Source of the DNA: Squalus acanthias
Taxonomy: Eukaryota
NCBI GenBank assembly: GCA_030390025.1
Contig: CM059431.1
Coordinates: 103,976,001-104,040,000, forward strand
Length of the DNA: 64,000 nt
Direction: 5' to 3'
In this document: positions 12,131 to 24,146 of the stretch, one piece after another
How positions within the stretch are numbered: position 1 is the stretch's first letter
Layout of the letters: every line of letters starts with the position of its first letter
Notes under the pieces: model-generated
What the model was told of the DNA's origin: nothing
What the model saw: the letters and a program-made list of their open reading frames with translations, nothing else
Database searches by the model: none
Position numbers and translations under genes: made by a program

Positions 12131-13034
12131 AAAAAAGTACCTCTTCTACTCTCCCATGATAGTATTGTACAGGTAGAAGGAATGTGGGAGGAGATACCTA
12201 TCAGGTATAATGGATCAAGATGAGTGCAGTTATATAACATTGCATACTTCTTTGAACATTTAGCAGCATATTTAATCGTGACAACAGCACCCGGTAAAAG
12301 TGCATTGATAACTCCTGGCAGATGTTCTGCAGACCTCATGCCAGTTGCCTGAGGCTAGACCCGGTAAAAAGCTTTGACTTGAGCAGAGAGATTCCTGAAC
12401 TTGTCAAACAGCTGTCACACCTTTCGTTGATAGAAAAACATGGTGATGTTGACCATTATATCATTACTTCAACAACGCACTCCTGGTTTTATTCCCATAT
12501 GAAAGAGTTTAGTCTTGTCAAAATGGTGACTGTCCTATCCATATTGCCACAGTCAAAGTGACTTTCTCTCTCAGGCCTTCACCAAATAACTGGAGGAATT
12601 TTTGAGAAGATGCAGTCTGACACGCCTTGTACTTTGTGACACAAGAAAATCCCAAGGGACCCAACCAAAAATGGTTGTAAAGACAGCTGTCTCTCCAAGT
12701 TTCTCAGTTGTGGCACTTAATCTTGCTCATTGCATATTAAATATAACAAAGGAAAGATAATACATTCTTGATCGGCGCTAAATACCAAAGCTGATGACTT
12801 CAATTAAATAGTCGAGTTATGTGAATTGTTTGATTTAAAAGTTTTCAAATGAAAATGTACATGTTTGGAATAAGGATTCAAAAGAATTCGGACTTCAGGT
12901 TCAATTCCATCTTTAGAGGAGTCAATGTAAAGTTCAAAATCAGACGTGGCGGAAGATACCAATCCTTCTTACTCATGCATTTATAGATGCACAACATTTA
13001 CCTTTTCCTGAATCTTGTATATTCCTTTCCTTTT

Positions 13035-13438
13035 AACATTCTCATCCTTGTTTTCAAATCCCTCCACGGCCTCTCTCCCTCCCTATCTCTATAACCTCCT
13101 CCAGCTCTACAACCCTCCGAGATCTCTGCGCTCCTCCAACTCTGGCCTGTTGTGCATCCCCGATTTCCATTGTTCCACCATTGGTGGCTGTGTCTTCAGC
13201 TGCCTGGGCCCTAAGCTCTGGAATTCCCTCCCTAAACCTCTCCGCCTCGCTACCTCTCTCTCCTCCTTTAAGACGCCCCTTAAAACCGGCCTCTTTTACC
13301 AAGCTCTTGGTCACCTGTCCTAATCTCTTCTTATGTGGCTCGGGTGTCAAATTTTGTTTGATAATCGCTCCTGTGAAGCGCCTTCGGACATTTTACTACG
13401 TTAAGGGTGCTATATAAATGCAAGTTGTTGTTGTTGTT
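13035..13438 (+). mobile_element. L2 LINE 3' fragment
   Basis: PYLYNLLQLYNPPRSLRSS...LWNSLPKPLRLA; (TTG)n tail. Confidence 0.85.
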
Positions 13439-13482
13439 TGGAAAATAATATACAGGATACAGAAAAATCTGTGCCTCTGTGA

Positions 13483-13635
13483 AGAAAGAATTTGCATTTA
13501 TATAGTGCTTTTCACGACCTCTCAAGACGTCCCAGCGTTCTTCACAGTCGATGAATTACTTTTTGATGTGCAGTCACCATTGCTATGGAGACAAATGCTG
13601 CAGCAAATTTGCACATGGCAAAGTCCTACAAACAA
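13483..13635 (-). mobile_element. Old Deu-SINE 3' fragment
   Basis: TTGCATTTATATAGTGCTTTTCACGACC...CAGCAAATTTGCACA, diverged from the other copies. Confidence 0.6.
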
Positions 13636-14099
13636 CAATCACAGAAGAAGCCCATTCAATCCCTTAATTCTGTGTTGGCTCTTTGCTAGAGCAATCAAAT
13701 ACTTTACAATCCTTGGGCATTACTGCTGTTTCTAATGATTCCCTAAAGTTAGTGACAAGAAAATGACTAATTCTTTCTCCATCCACTTCTGTACGCAAGT
13801 TCAGCTTCTGTGTTGTTGGAGACTCTCCATGGACTCCTCCATGAACACAGAGCAGAAGAATTGATTTACTATATTTACTATCACTTGGTCACTTGATATG
13901 TTACCTTAGGGATTTTATGTGGCCCCTATCTTTCCTTTTAGTTACCAGCTTGTTGTGAATATTTTTATAGAAATACATTTCTTTTAATATTCCCTGCTAT
14001 CGTAATCTTATTTTCTATTGTAGCTTGCTTGGCCAGTTTCTTATTCTTGTTTTTCCTATTTACTTTGATCCACTGGATTATGCATAGCTTTTATAATTT

Positions 14100-14575
14100 A
14101 AGAACATAAGAACAGAAGAAATAGGAGCAGGAGTCGGCCATTTGGCCCTTCGAGCCTGCTCCGCCATTCAATAAGATCATGGCTGATCTTCTACCTCATC
14201 TCCGCTTTCCTGCACTATCCCCATATCCCTTGATTCCCTTAATATTCAAAAATCTATCGATCTCTGTCTTGAATATACTCAACGACTGAGCCTCCACAGC
14301 CCTCTGGGGTAGAGAATTCCAAAGATTCACCAGCCTGTGAGTGAAGAAATTTCTCCTCCTCTCAGTCCTAAATGGCTGACCTCTTATTCTGAGACTATGA
14401 CCCCTGGTTCTAGACTCCCCAGCCAGGGGAAACATCCTCCCTGCATCCACCCTGTCAAGCCCTGTAAGGATTTTGTATGTTTCAGTGAGATCACCTCTCA
14501 TTCTTCTAAACTCTAGAGAATGTCGGCCTAGTCTACCCAATCTCTCCTCATAGGACAATCCCCCCATCCCAGGAA
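14100..14575 (-). mobile_element. CR1 LINE 3' end
   Basis: LSYEERLGRLG...RRMRGDL...RTRGHSLRI...RRNFFT...WNSLP; (TTCTTATG)n-type tail. Confidence 0.9.
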
Positions 14576-15981
14576 CAATCTTTTCAAGATGGTCTTCATT
14601 ATACAGTCTCTCCCTCTTTGGTTTGCAGTGGATGAGAGATCGGATAGTGGTGATAGGAGATGGTCTATTGGTCTGAGGCCGCTCATTGCCGAATTTCCAT
14701 GGAAGGCTACCTGGCAGATGCGTTTACATCTGTGGTTTAGTAACAGTCACTGCCGAACCATTATACTTTCTTTTCCAAATCCCAAACTGGAATTCTAGTA
14801 ATGAATTTATTCAGGGCGCATGTTTACAAACTCTATGTTCAGTTCTAAAGCGTAAAGCTGAAATAGCGTAAATGCTGCTCGATATCAACACACATATGGG
14901 AATTACCACAGGCAAGCCCTCGTGTCACACAATCCATCAAATGGATTGTTAAATATATACAAAATACACGCTTTTCTGTCATGTTGAATTACAGAAATAT
15001 TAACATTACATATTTGTTACTGTGAATTCACTTTTATTGTCAATATATTTTTCTAAAAAAGCCTAGTTAAGTAAGATTTCCAGCATCCCAAGTATTTTGC
15101 TGTTGTTCTAGTTGAGTAAGGTCTTACTTAAATAGCAGCCGAATCATTAGAGTTGACATTAAGGTGGACAAAGCTAGTGTTCTCAGTAAGCTTCATAGCT
15201 TCTGCCAATTTACTATAAAAATGCATTGCAAATATTTTTGATATGACATATCAATTCCAACGCTTTAAGATTTTCAGCCAATTTATGGGTACATTTATTT
15301 CACTGACAGCAAGATATAAATGGTGCCAGGAATCCTACATATAATTGTTCACAAAATTGCTTGTTCTGCTAACAGGTACCATACGAGTAGCAATCTTTCA
15401 AAGAGCCATACAAGAAAGGTGTTTATTTTAGTTAATAGTGAAAAATGCCTCGGCTTTGAGAACCCTAACTGGCTTTTGATTGACGAAATCGTTGGCTTGT
15501 TTTATGCGGGGCATAGGTCGCAATGTAGTTTATTGTTAAAAATTGTTCGTAAATTTGGATTTAAGCTTACAGAAAGCAGTGCTGTCAGCCATTGAATTAG
15601 TTGACGGATGTCCGTTTGCAAGAAAATCATGGTCACTTTGTGTTCACCTTCACAGTAATGTCATTACTCTTCCACTCAATTCTGAAAGTGTCTTTTATCA
15701 GTTCTTTTACCATATTCAAGATTGGAGATAAATGTAATGATGTTGAGACCTTACAGATTCTCTAGGTGAGCGATTTCTTTGTGGAGAAGGCTTTGTAATT
15801 TTCTTCCGCAACATGGTTTTAATCAAGGAATCACTCCTAAGCCAATCTTTTAAAGAATGATGTTAATTTTGATGTCTATCCAGAAATTGATACTTTAATG
15901 ACAAGCCACTGTTCAGTGTAGACAAGCTACAGAAATACATTTCAGTAATATCATAGCACAGGGTCAATACTTTCCTCAGCG

Positions 15982-16452
15982 TCAGCCGTTGCTCAGTGGG
16001 TAGCGCTCTCACCTCTGAGTCAGTAAGGCTGTGGGTTCAAGTCCCACTCCAGAGACCTTGAGCACACCAAAGCTAGGCTGACACTCCCAGTGCAGTACTG
16101 AGGGAGTGCTGCACTGTCGGAGGTGCCGTCTTTCAGATGAGACGTTAAAACCGAGGCCCCATCTGCTCTCTCAGGTGGATGTAAAAGATCCCACGGCACT
16201 ATTTCGAAGAAGCGCGGGGGAGTTATCCCTGGTGTCCTGGCCAATATTTATCCCTCAATCAACATCTGTAAAACAATGATGTTGGTCATTATCACATTTC
16301 TGCTGTGGGAGCTTGCTGTGCGCAAATTGGCTGCCGTGTTTCCTACATTACAAAAGTGACTCCACTTCAAAATTACTTCATTGGCTGTAAAGCGCTTTGG
16401 GACGTCTTGTCGTCGTAAAGGTGCTGTAGAAATGAAGTTCTTTCTTTCTTTT
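15982..16452 (+). mobile_element. Deu-domain tRNA SINE, full length
   Basis: A-box region GCTCAGTGGG, B box GGTTCAAGTCC, Deu core, (CTTT)n tail. Confidence 0.88.
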
Positions 16453-16579
16453 CGACTCTCCCTACCCCACATAAATCTATTTCCCTTTAGATCGTCAACT
16501 CATTCTACAATACTGAGATGTCGCCAAATAAACAAAAAACTTCTCCTGATTTATTTAGATGCAGTGAAATTGGTCTAGT

Positions 16580-17035
16580 TTTTTGTTCATTTGTTTATGG
16601 GATGTGAGCGTCGCTGGCAAGGCCCAGCATTTATTGTCCATCCCTAATTGCCCTTGAGAAGGTGGTGGTGAGCCACCTTCTTGAACTGCTGCAGTTCGTG
16701 AGGTGAAGGTACTCCCACAGTGCTGTTAGGGAGGGAGTTCCAGGATTTTGACCCAGCGACGATGAAGGATTGGCCGATATACTTCCAAGTCAGGATGGTG
16801 TGTGACTCGGAGCGGAACTTGGAGGTGGTGGTGTTCCCATGCACCTGCTGCCCTTGTCCTTCTAGGTGGAAGAGGTCACGGGTTTGGGAGGTGCTGCTGA
16901 AGAAGCCTTGGCGAGTTGCTGCAGTGCATCTTGTAGATGGTACACACTGCAGCCACGGTACGCTGGTGGTGGAGGGAGTGAACGTTTAATGTGGTGGATG
17001 GGGTGCCAATCAAGCGGGCTGCTTTGTCCTGGATA
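16580..17035 (-). mobile_element. CR1-group LINE (distinct family) 3' end
   Basis: IQDKAARLIG...SLHHQRTVAAVCTIYKMH and SWNSLPNSTV; same family at 44220-44500 and 63693-64000. Confidence 0.75.
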
Positions 17036-17429
17036 TTCTTAAAATGATTTTGTGTAGAAAAATTCAGTGAAAATAAATTAAATTCAAAACACAAAATTTC
17101 ATGTATTTTTTTTTATAAAGCAACAAGATATTTCAAATTTTAGGGAAATTGTGAGAACAGACCAAAAAATGTTTTTATCAGTGAGATTTGTTGCATCAGT
17201 GTTACAGTAATGCTTGGTGTTGACATTAGGACCTCAAATATTCCAGTGATTACATGGGCAGCCTGGAAAACATACATTGGAAGTCACTGCTAACTTGAGA
17301 GAAGTATGTTGCACAATCATAGATTCATTTAGTCTCACACCAAGGATCTGAGTCTAGTCGCGATGTACTGGAGACATGACTCATCAAAACTGGCACAGCC
17401 TGATTAACTGTGCCTGAGGATGAGGACTG

Positions 17430-17835
17430 ACTTTAAATGATATTGGCCGAGAAGATCAAGACGTAGAATCAGTTTGGGTGGAGATAAGAAATAATAAGGG
17501 TAAAAAGTCACTGGTGGGAGTGGTCTACAGGCCCCCAAACAGTAGCCACACTGTAGGACAGAGAATAAATCAAGAAATAATAGAGGCTTGTAAGAAAGGC
17601 ACGGCTATAATCATGGGAGATTTTAATCTTCATATTGATTGGACAAAGCAAATTGGCAAAGGTAGACTTGAGGAAGAGTTCTTAGTATGCGGGATGGTTT
17701 CTTGGAACAATATGTTGTGGAACCAACCAGGGAGAAGATTATTTTAGATCTGGTAATGTGTAATGAGGCTGGATTAATTAATGATCTAGAAGTGAAGGAT
17801 CTTCTTGGGAAGAGTGAACATAGCATTGTGAATCT
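17430..17835 (+). mobile_element. CR1 APE endonuclease fragment
   Basis: LVGVVYRPPNS, IIMGDFNLHIDW, QYVVEPTR...ILDLV, LGKSEH. Confidence 0.88.
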
Positions 17836-18805
17836 GAATGAGGCGAAAGTAGGCACGTTTAAATTTATTCAGTTGAATTCAAATTTGAGTCTCATCTCGA
17901 ATTATTTGATTGAATGTTCCTATATTGCTATGATTTGGATTTGGCTGAGGTCCTAATGCGAGAATTAAAAAAAAAATCAAATGTGTGGCCAAATATTTTA
18001 TTTAGTTTCTCCTGTTCCTATGTAATTGGTAGAACATTCAGGCTCATCAGTGAACCTTAGTGAAAACAATTGCAACAAAAGAAATTCACTTTGTGTTTAT
18101 CAAGAGCTTTTTAAATGCCAACCACGGGAAACATATGCTCTATTACACATCATGGAAGTTCTTTGAAAAGTAAGTATTGAGTACTGGACTACAATTGATG
18201 CCAGTCAGCAATGAATGTGAGTATCAGCACAACACTCAGGGCAGTGTATCTGGCCCTGTAAATTATGTAAGTACCCTCCACTCACTGCATTTTGATATAG
18301 AAATCTCCCTGCTTTTATCGGGAGACGTTGCTGTAGTTTTGGTCATGAGTTCTGGTTGCTGTAGTTCGGAGAGACTCTTTTTGAAATAGACACTGTAGAC
18401 TGTTTGCTGTAGTGCTCTGTTTAAATAGACTCTGTTTGCTGTAACATGGCCTGTTTCTGTGCTGTATATACTATGTAATTCTATGAAAGTCACCACTGGT
18501 CTCAGTATTTATGTAACACACACCTTTCCAGCACCACAGGAGATGTCATAGGAGTCGGCCATTTTGAAGTGTACTGATTCATTGGTATTTGTATATATGT
18601 CCTGTGCTGCTATTGGATCTGCTAGTGTGAGCTCCCATTTTTTCATTAACAGATTGTGAAACAAAAGAAAATGTATCCCCCCCGCCCTTTCATTTGTTGT
18701 GAAGAGAAATTGCAGTCCCTAATTGTGTTTCGGGGTGTGTGAATGCAAATGTGTGTACATGACCGATATGACTAACTCATCTAACTTCTATGGCTCAATG
18801 GCTTT

Positions 18806-19180
18806 CATAAGAACATAAGAAACAGGAGCAGGATTAGGCCAATCGGCCCCTCGAGCCTGCTCCGCCATTCAATAAGATCATGGCTGATCCAATCTTGGCC
18901 TCAACACCACTTTCCCGCCCACTCCCCATAACCCTTGACTCCCTTGTAGTTCAAATATCTATCTATCTCCGCCTTGAATATATTCACTGACTCCGCCTCC
19001 ACAGCTCTCTGGGGTAGAGAATTCCAAAGATTCACGACCCTCTGAGAGAAGAAATTCCTTCTCATCTTAGTCTTAAATGGGCGACCCCTTATTCTGAAAC
19101 TATGCCCCCTCGTTCTCGATACCCCCACTAGGGGAAACATCCTCTCAGCATCCACCCTGTCAAACTCCCTCAGAATCTTC
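18806..19180 (-). mobile_element. CR1 LINE 3' end
   Basis: RTRGHSFRIRGRPFKTKMRRNFFSQRVVNLWNSLP; tail repeats. Confidence 0.9.
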
Positions 19181-19561
19181 TGTTTCATATTGTGATTCAG
19201 ATGAAGTCATTCAAATCAAGATTTTTTCCGAAGCTACAAGGCACATCTCGACAAATAATTAGCGCTTGTGCACTCAAGATAATGGAAGCACTTTTCTCAA
19301 TCAGAATTTTATAAGAATCGCCACAGTTGAGTTACTCTCGCTGCATAAAATTGTACGGTTTTCAATCCTGCGATCTTCCCACTTGCCTTGTGTTTTTTTT
19401 TTAACCCCAGCTGGAATTTTAGTCTGATTTATATTCCTTTCATTTACTTCTTCCACATATTGAAGAATTTAGCAAGATTCTTGTGTTAATTGTATTCAAG
19501 TAGTGTTTAGCATTTGGGTGTTCATTGTATTCAGGTGCTGGGTATTAATTGGGGACTCTCT

Positions 19562-19563
<2 letters not shown>

Positions 19564-19606
<43 letters not shown>
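19564..19606. repeat. (AT)n microsatellite
   Basis: About 21 perfect TA units. Confidence 0.95.
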
Positions 19607-19608
<2 letters not shown>

Positions 19609-20309
19609 GAGTAGGCTGGGGAAGGGTTACAAGTAAGTGTGTGTGTCTACAGTAAATAAAGGCTTGTAAGCAACTGAAGACTAGGCTCTAGTCTTCTATC
19701 CCTCACCAACTGGCTATCCGACTTTTACATGGTAGAACTTGCCAGATGAGGCAATGTTGCCACCTTTATTTTTTCTGACTCTTTGCAGACTGACCCTACT
19801 TGCCCACAGAGACCTGGCGCAATTAAATCCTGATTATCTGGTGATGTGAGACCATCAGGCTTCTCATAAGCCTGGACCTGAAGCACCTGGCCCACCCAGA
19901 TATTACTTCCCAGCATATTCAGTGCATTCCAGATATCTGCGCACGTAGCCATCCATCAGCAATTCTCTGTAGAAAACTGAGCGGGCATATTTCTCTCTTT
20001 AGGACAGATTGCTCCCTACCAGCAAAAGTATACCAGATGGTACATTTTCCAAAATAGCTTGGGGCCATTGGCTGTATTCACATGCCAAACGAGCAGCGAC
20101 CTTAAGGAGCACCTCATGCTATCAAGAAATTATTTCCCCATCAGTAATTGAGTAGTTGCTTATGCACACATGGCTGTTTCCGATGTGTTTATCAAATAGG
20201 CTTTCGGCATCCACCGTGTCCTCATTCTCTTGATAATTGCCCTCTTTTCCCCAATAGAACTTGAAGAAGCCAAGTTGCTGGTTCGTGTGTGCTGTCTGCT
20301 GCGCACATA

Positions 20310-21046
20310 GGGCCGTATTTTGCGACACCTACGGGTGCGCACGAGTGCTGGGTTTAGGCGCGCGAAGCACACGCGCTGAAATCCGGCACTTGCAATCTGT
20401 CAAGAATCTTCTTGACAGATGATCCGCATCCCCGGGAGACGGGCCTCCGCGGGTGGAGAGTTGCGCTATTTGCCCCAACTTCCGCCCGCTGAAAGGCTGT
20501 AAAAATTCTTACGCCTGGTAAAAGCAGGAGTAAGGCCTGCTTTTACCAGCATAAGAGTTTTAAAAAATAGAAAAATAAAATTTTATCACTCACTTGTACA
20601 TTAAAAACCCTTTCCAATAAGGTAAGTTTATTTTTAGCCCCGTTAAAACATACTTTTTTTCAAAATATTAAATTTTTGTTTAAAATATTTAATTAAATGC
20701 CATTTTAATTAATTTGATTAATGTAATTTAAAAGAAAATCTATTTCATGTGTTGGTGTATTTTTTAAGTGATCCCCATTCATGCTTACGGGGATTCTGTA
20801 CGTATGGAACTCCCATAAGTATAAATGGGGATTCCCTTCTTTTATTGGTTGGGCTGGCCCATGTGATCCCAGGAGTGCTTGCGAACCGCCTGCACCCTGG
20901 GATACGTGGGGCTCTGCCCGCGCGGACCCGGAGAGACCCAGGATCGCGAGTCTCCGTACCTCCTGGACCACCGGGTACATTCGTAGATTTTTTTGATGAT
21001 CGGAGGCATCCGCCCGCGGGAAACCTCCGATCGCAAATTCAGGCCT
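20310..21046. mobile_element. GC-rich TIR element (Harbinger-like MITE, family A)
   Basis: Termini GGGCCGTATTTTGCGA / TCGCAAATTCAGGCCT; internal hairpin TCTGTCAAGA-N-TCTTGACAGA; related copies at 38089, 53625 and 59603. Confidence 0.7.
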
Positions 21047-21717
21047 CTATTCTGAGTGTCCCTGCAGCAATTCACAGACAAGTGGCAGACGGAATTTAAT
21101 ACAGAGAAGTGTGAGGTGATGCATTTTGGTAGAAGGAACAGGGAGAGGCAATATACACTTAATGGCACAGTTTTAAAGAGTGCGCAGCGACAGAGGGACC
21201 TGGGAGTTAATGTGCATAGGTCCCAGAAGGTGGCAGGACATATTGAGAGAGTGGTTAGCAAAGCATATGGGATCTTGGGCTTCATAAATAGAGGTATTGA
21301 GTACAAAAGTAGGGAAGTTATGCTGAACCTTTGTAAAGCGCTGGTTAGGCCACAACTGGAGTATTGCGTCCAGTTCTGGTCACCACACTTTAGGAAGGAT
21401 ATGAAGGCCCTTGAGAGGGTGCAGAGGAGATTTACCAGAATGGTTCCGGGGATGGGGGATCTTAGCTACAAGGACAGGTTGGAGAAGCTGGATTTGTTTT
21501 CATTAGAGCAAAGGAGGTTGTGGGGTGATTTGATAGAGGTGTACAAGATTATGACGGGTTTGGATAGGCTAGACGGGGAATGGCTGTTCCCACTAGTTGA
21601 TGGTACAAGGACGAGGGGACACAGATTTAAGGTTTTGGGCAAGAGATACAGGGGGGGCTTTGAGGAAAACCTTTTTTATGCAGCGAGTGGTGAGGACCTG
21701 GAACTCGCTGCTGATGG

Positions 21718-22216
21718 AAGTGAGAAGTCACACAACACCAGGTTATAGTCCAATAGTTTTATTTGAAATCACAAGCTTTCGGAGCTGCTGCCCCTTCGTC
21801 AGGTGAAGTGAAGGAATACGAATCGGCAAAGCATATATAGACAGAGAACAATGCCTGTGTAGTGTACAATCTCAGACGACTACAGTTAATCTATCTGACT
21901 GCCTTTCATCACACCTCGGCAGAGAAACAATCAGGTCAGCCAGGAAGGCACCATATCAAAGACATAGCAAGATACAACTGAGACAATGAGGTGGGGTCAC
22001 AGGGGGTCTAATGTGTCAAATGCAGTCTGTATGGAAAACCATAAACTTGAAAATTTTTACTTTTTTTTACTGGAAATCACATCTGTGAACAAGCCAACGA
22101 CGACTCGAGTCTGGATGACTCTACGTCGTGTAGCATGACATGAACCCAAGATCTCGGTTGAGGCCGTCCTCATGGGTGCGGAACTTGGCTATCAGTTTCT
22201 GCTCGATGATTTTGCG
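21718..22216 (-). mobile_element. Penelope-like element 3' fragment
   Basis: LRDTRQRKIIEQKLIAKFRTHEDGLNRDLG plus a 3' region closely matching the copy at 30981-34143. Confidence 0.9.
21769..21806 (-). ncRNA. Minimal hammerhead ribozyme in the PLE 3' region
   Basis: Minus strand TCAC-CTGACGA-A-GGGGC-AGCA-GCTCC-GAAA-GCTT-GTGA: conserved core, stem II with a G-U pair, stem I TCAC/GTGA. Confidence 0.75.
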
Positions 22217-22489
22217 TTGTCGTGTGTCTCGAAGGCTGTGGTGGAAGTGGTGGAAGTGGTGGAAGCGGAGACACTCAATGTTTTCAAGGGGAGACTGGAT
22301 AGGCATTTGAGGGAAATAAACTTGCAGGGCTATGGGGATAGAGTGGGGGAATGGGACTGACTGGATTGCTCTACAGAGAGCCGGAACGGACTCGATGGGC
22401 TGAACAACCTCCTTCTGTGACCGTATGACTCTATGAAATCACATATGAACCAAGAAACTGTATTTTTGCAGCTCAGTATTTTTCAAACT

Positions 22490-23374
22490 AACTTGGATCT
22501 TCCTTGAGGATGGAAACCACAACTGCTCTCTGGAACACGAGCCCTGAGGAGGCGGGTTTGGAGGCGGGACTGCTTGCAAAATCCAAAAAAAATGGGAGTG
22601 GGTCCCAAACCTGGTCCCAATCCGCCTCCAACCAATCTTCCTGGGAGTCGGGTCCCCGATTTGCGCAGGGATCCGACTCCTAGCGGCGGGAAGAGGGTTA
22701 TAGCCACTTAATTGCCTGTTAACAGGTAGCTAACAGGCAGTTGAGAGGCTTTTTCCCATTTTGGGACTTCTGCTGCGGGCTACCTGATGTCGGGGAACCC
22801 CGCCAGGGTAAGTGAGGCATGCTGTAGGTCTGTTGTAATGTTTGTGTATAGATGACAGCTGCAGAAGTGGTGTGAAGGATGCAATGGGACACTGGTGAGT
22901 ATCAGAGGTAAGGAAATGTTGGGAAAGTCATTTTAATGTGTATAGATTTTTCTGTAGTTGACAAGCTTTGAAGTGTTTGTGTGGCCTCACCTCATTGGGA
23001 GAAGTGACAGATCATTTCTGTACCCTCACCTGCAGCTGCCATCTGTTTTATCCTAAAGAGAGAGTCATTGGAGAGCCCGGGTACGAGGGCTCACCTTTGT
23101 ACGGTGATTGTCAGTGTTTGACAGCACCTCAATGCTGTCAAACACTGTCAAATCATCTGTCTAAAATAAATGGTTCATGTCCTTTTAAGAAAATCGGCAG
23201 ATGAAGCGTCATCAACTGACGTCATCTGACACCGGCTTTCCCTTAATTGGCTGGCATAACAAGGCCAATCAGGGGAAAATAGCGTCTGTGCGTCGGACAT
23301 CGCTGGGGGCGGAACTAGAACCCGGAAGGCATCAGTCCCGCCCCCAACTCATCTCGGTGAGTAAAATCCAGCCC
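22490..23374. mobile_element. Non-autonomous Harbinger-like TIR element
   Basis: Right terminus GTAAAATCCAGCCC followed by TAA (PIF/Harbinger-type target); similar termini at ~35887 and 47991; left end degenerate. Confidence 0.5.
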
Positions 23375-24146
23375 TAAGGGTACGATTACTTCAAAGGCAG
23401 CGCTAATCTCCAGCCCCAGATGGGCGCACTCCACAATGAGGCATGTATTTCTAGCACAAAAACCGCTGTTATTCTCTTCCCCCTTCCTCCTACCCCAGGC
23501 AGCTTTTTGGAAATAGCATGAATACTCTCTACACCTGTTGCTTTACCATTACCCAGCGATGCAGCGCAGAAACTACTTCCTCCCAGTGGGCCAGTTCATG
23601 GAGGCCATTTGCATTGCGAAGCACATTCCACCAGCTTTTCTATCCTCCAGGTTCTTATAACGGCTTGTTTGCTCAGGCACCAGTTCAGCGCTTCCAGACC
23701 TGAGGGTACTCTCAAGGGTTTGTTGAAGTGCACCAGACTTGTTAAATCATTAGCGCTGGCCCAGTGGAATACCTTTGACCAATACTTGATAAAAGAATTC
23801 AACTAACAAAAAACTTCCTTTCAACACGCACCCTTGAGGATGAACACAACCCACAAATCCCTTACCCTCCTCCTTCATCTCCCTCTCCCCGGACTTATGA
23901 TGCACTGCATCGCAGTCTACCTGAACCTGGCTACTCTGAAGAGGCTTCATGTACTGCTTTGAAGGCCCTCTGTTTATTTTGCCGAATGACTCTCCTCCTC
24001 TTTGCAGTTACCTTGCCAAGCTGTCTCAATGGATGAGTATCTAGCCAGCTGTAGGCTTAGTTTGCTTACGGCTTCAGTTGCAACGGCATGGAAATCATTG
24101 TCCACATAATCTGCCGCTGAGTTCGCCAGCAGTCACACATCTTGCA

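Larger units (their letters stand above)
21060..22436 (+). mobile_element. CR1 LINE 3' portion, split by a Penelope-like insertion
   Basis: 230-aa ORF with [25 protein letters not shown]; resumes after 22216 and ends in (ACTCTATG)n. Confidence 0.9.

Noticed and set aside
12322..12561. 79-aa ORF in unique sequence
   Set aside because: No motif and no clear splice boundaries; length expected by chance
14629..14676. RIVVIGDG GTPase/Rossmann-like motif after an acceptor
   Set aside because: Stop codon follows almost at once, with no GKT and no good donor
15982..16060. tRNA-like sequence with A and B boxes
   Set aside because: It runs directly into the Deu-SINE body; it is a SINE head, not a tRNA gene. 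The same applies to the other copies
19789..19845. HRDLA kinase-like motif after a TTGCAG acceptor
   Set aside because: Followed by QLN rather than ARN and stops within a few codons; likely chance
23651..23806. Open frame after a strong CTCCAG acceptor
   Set aside because: No recognisable protein and no linked exons
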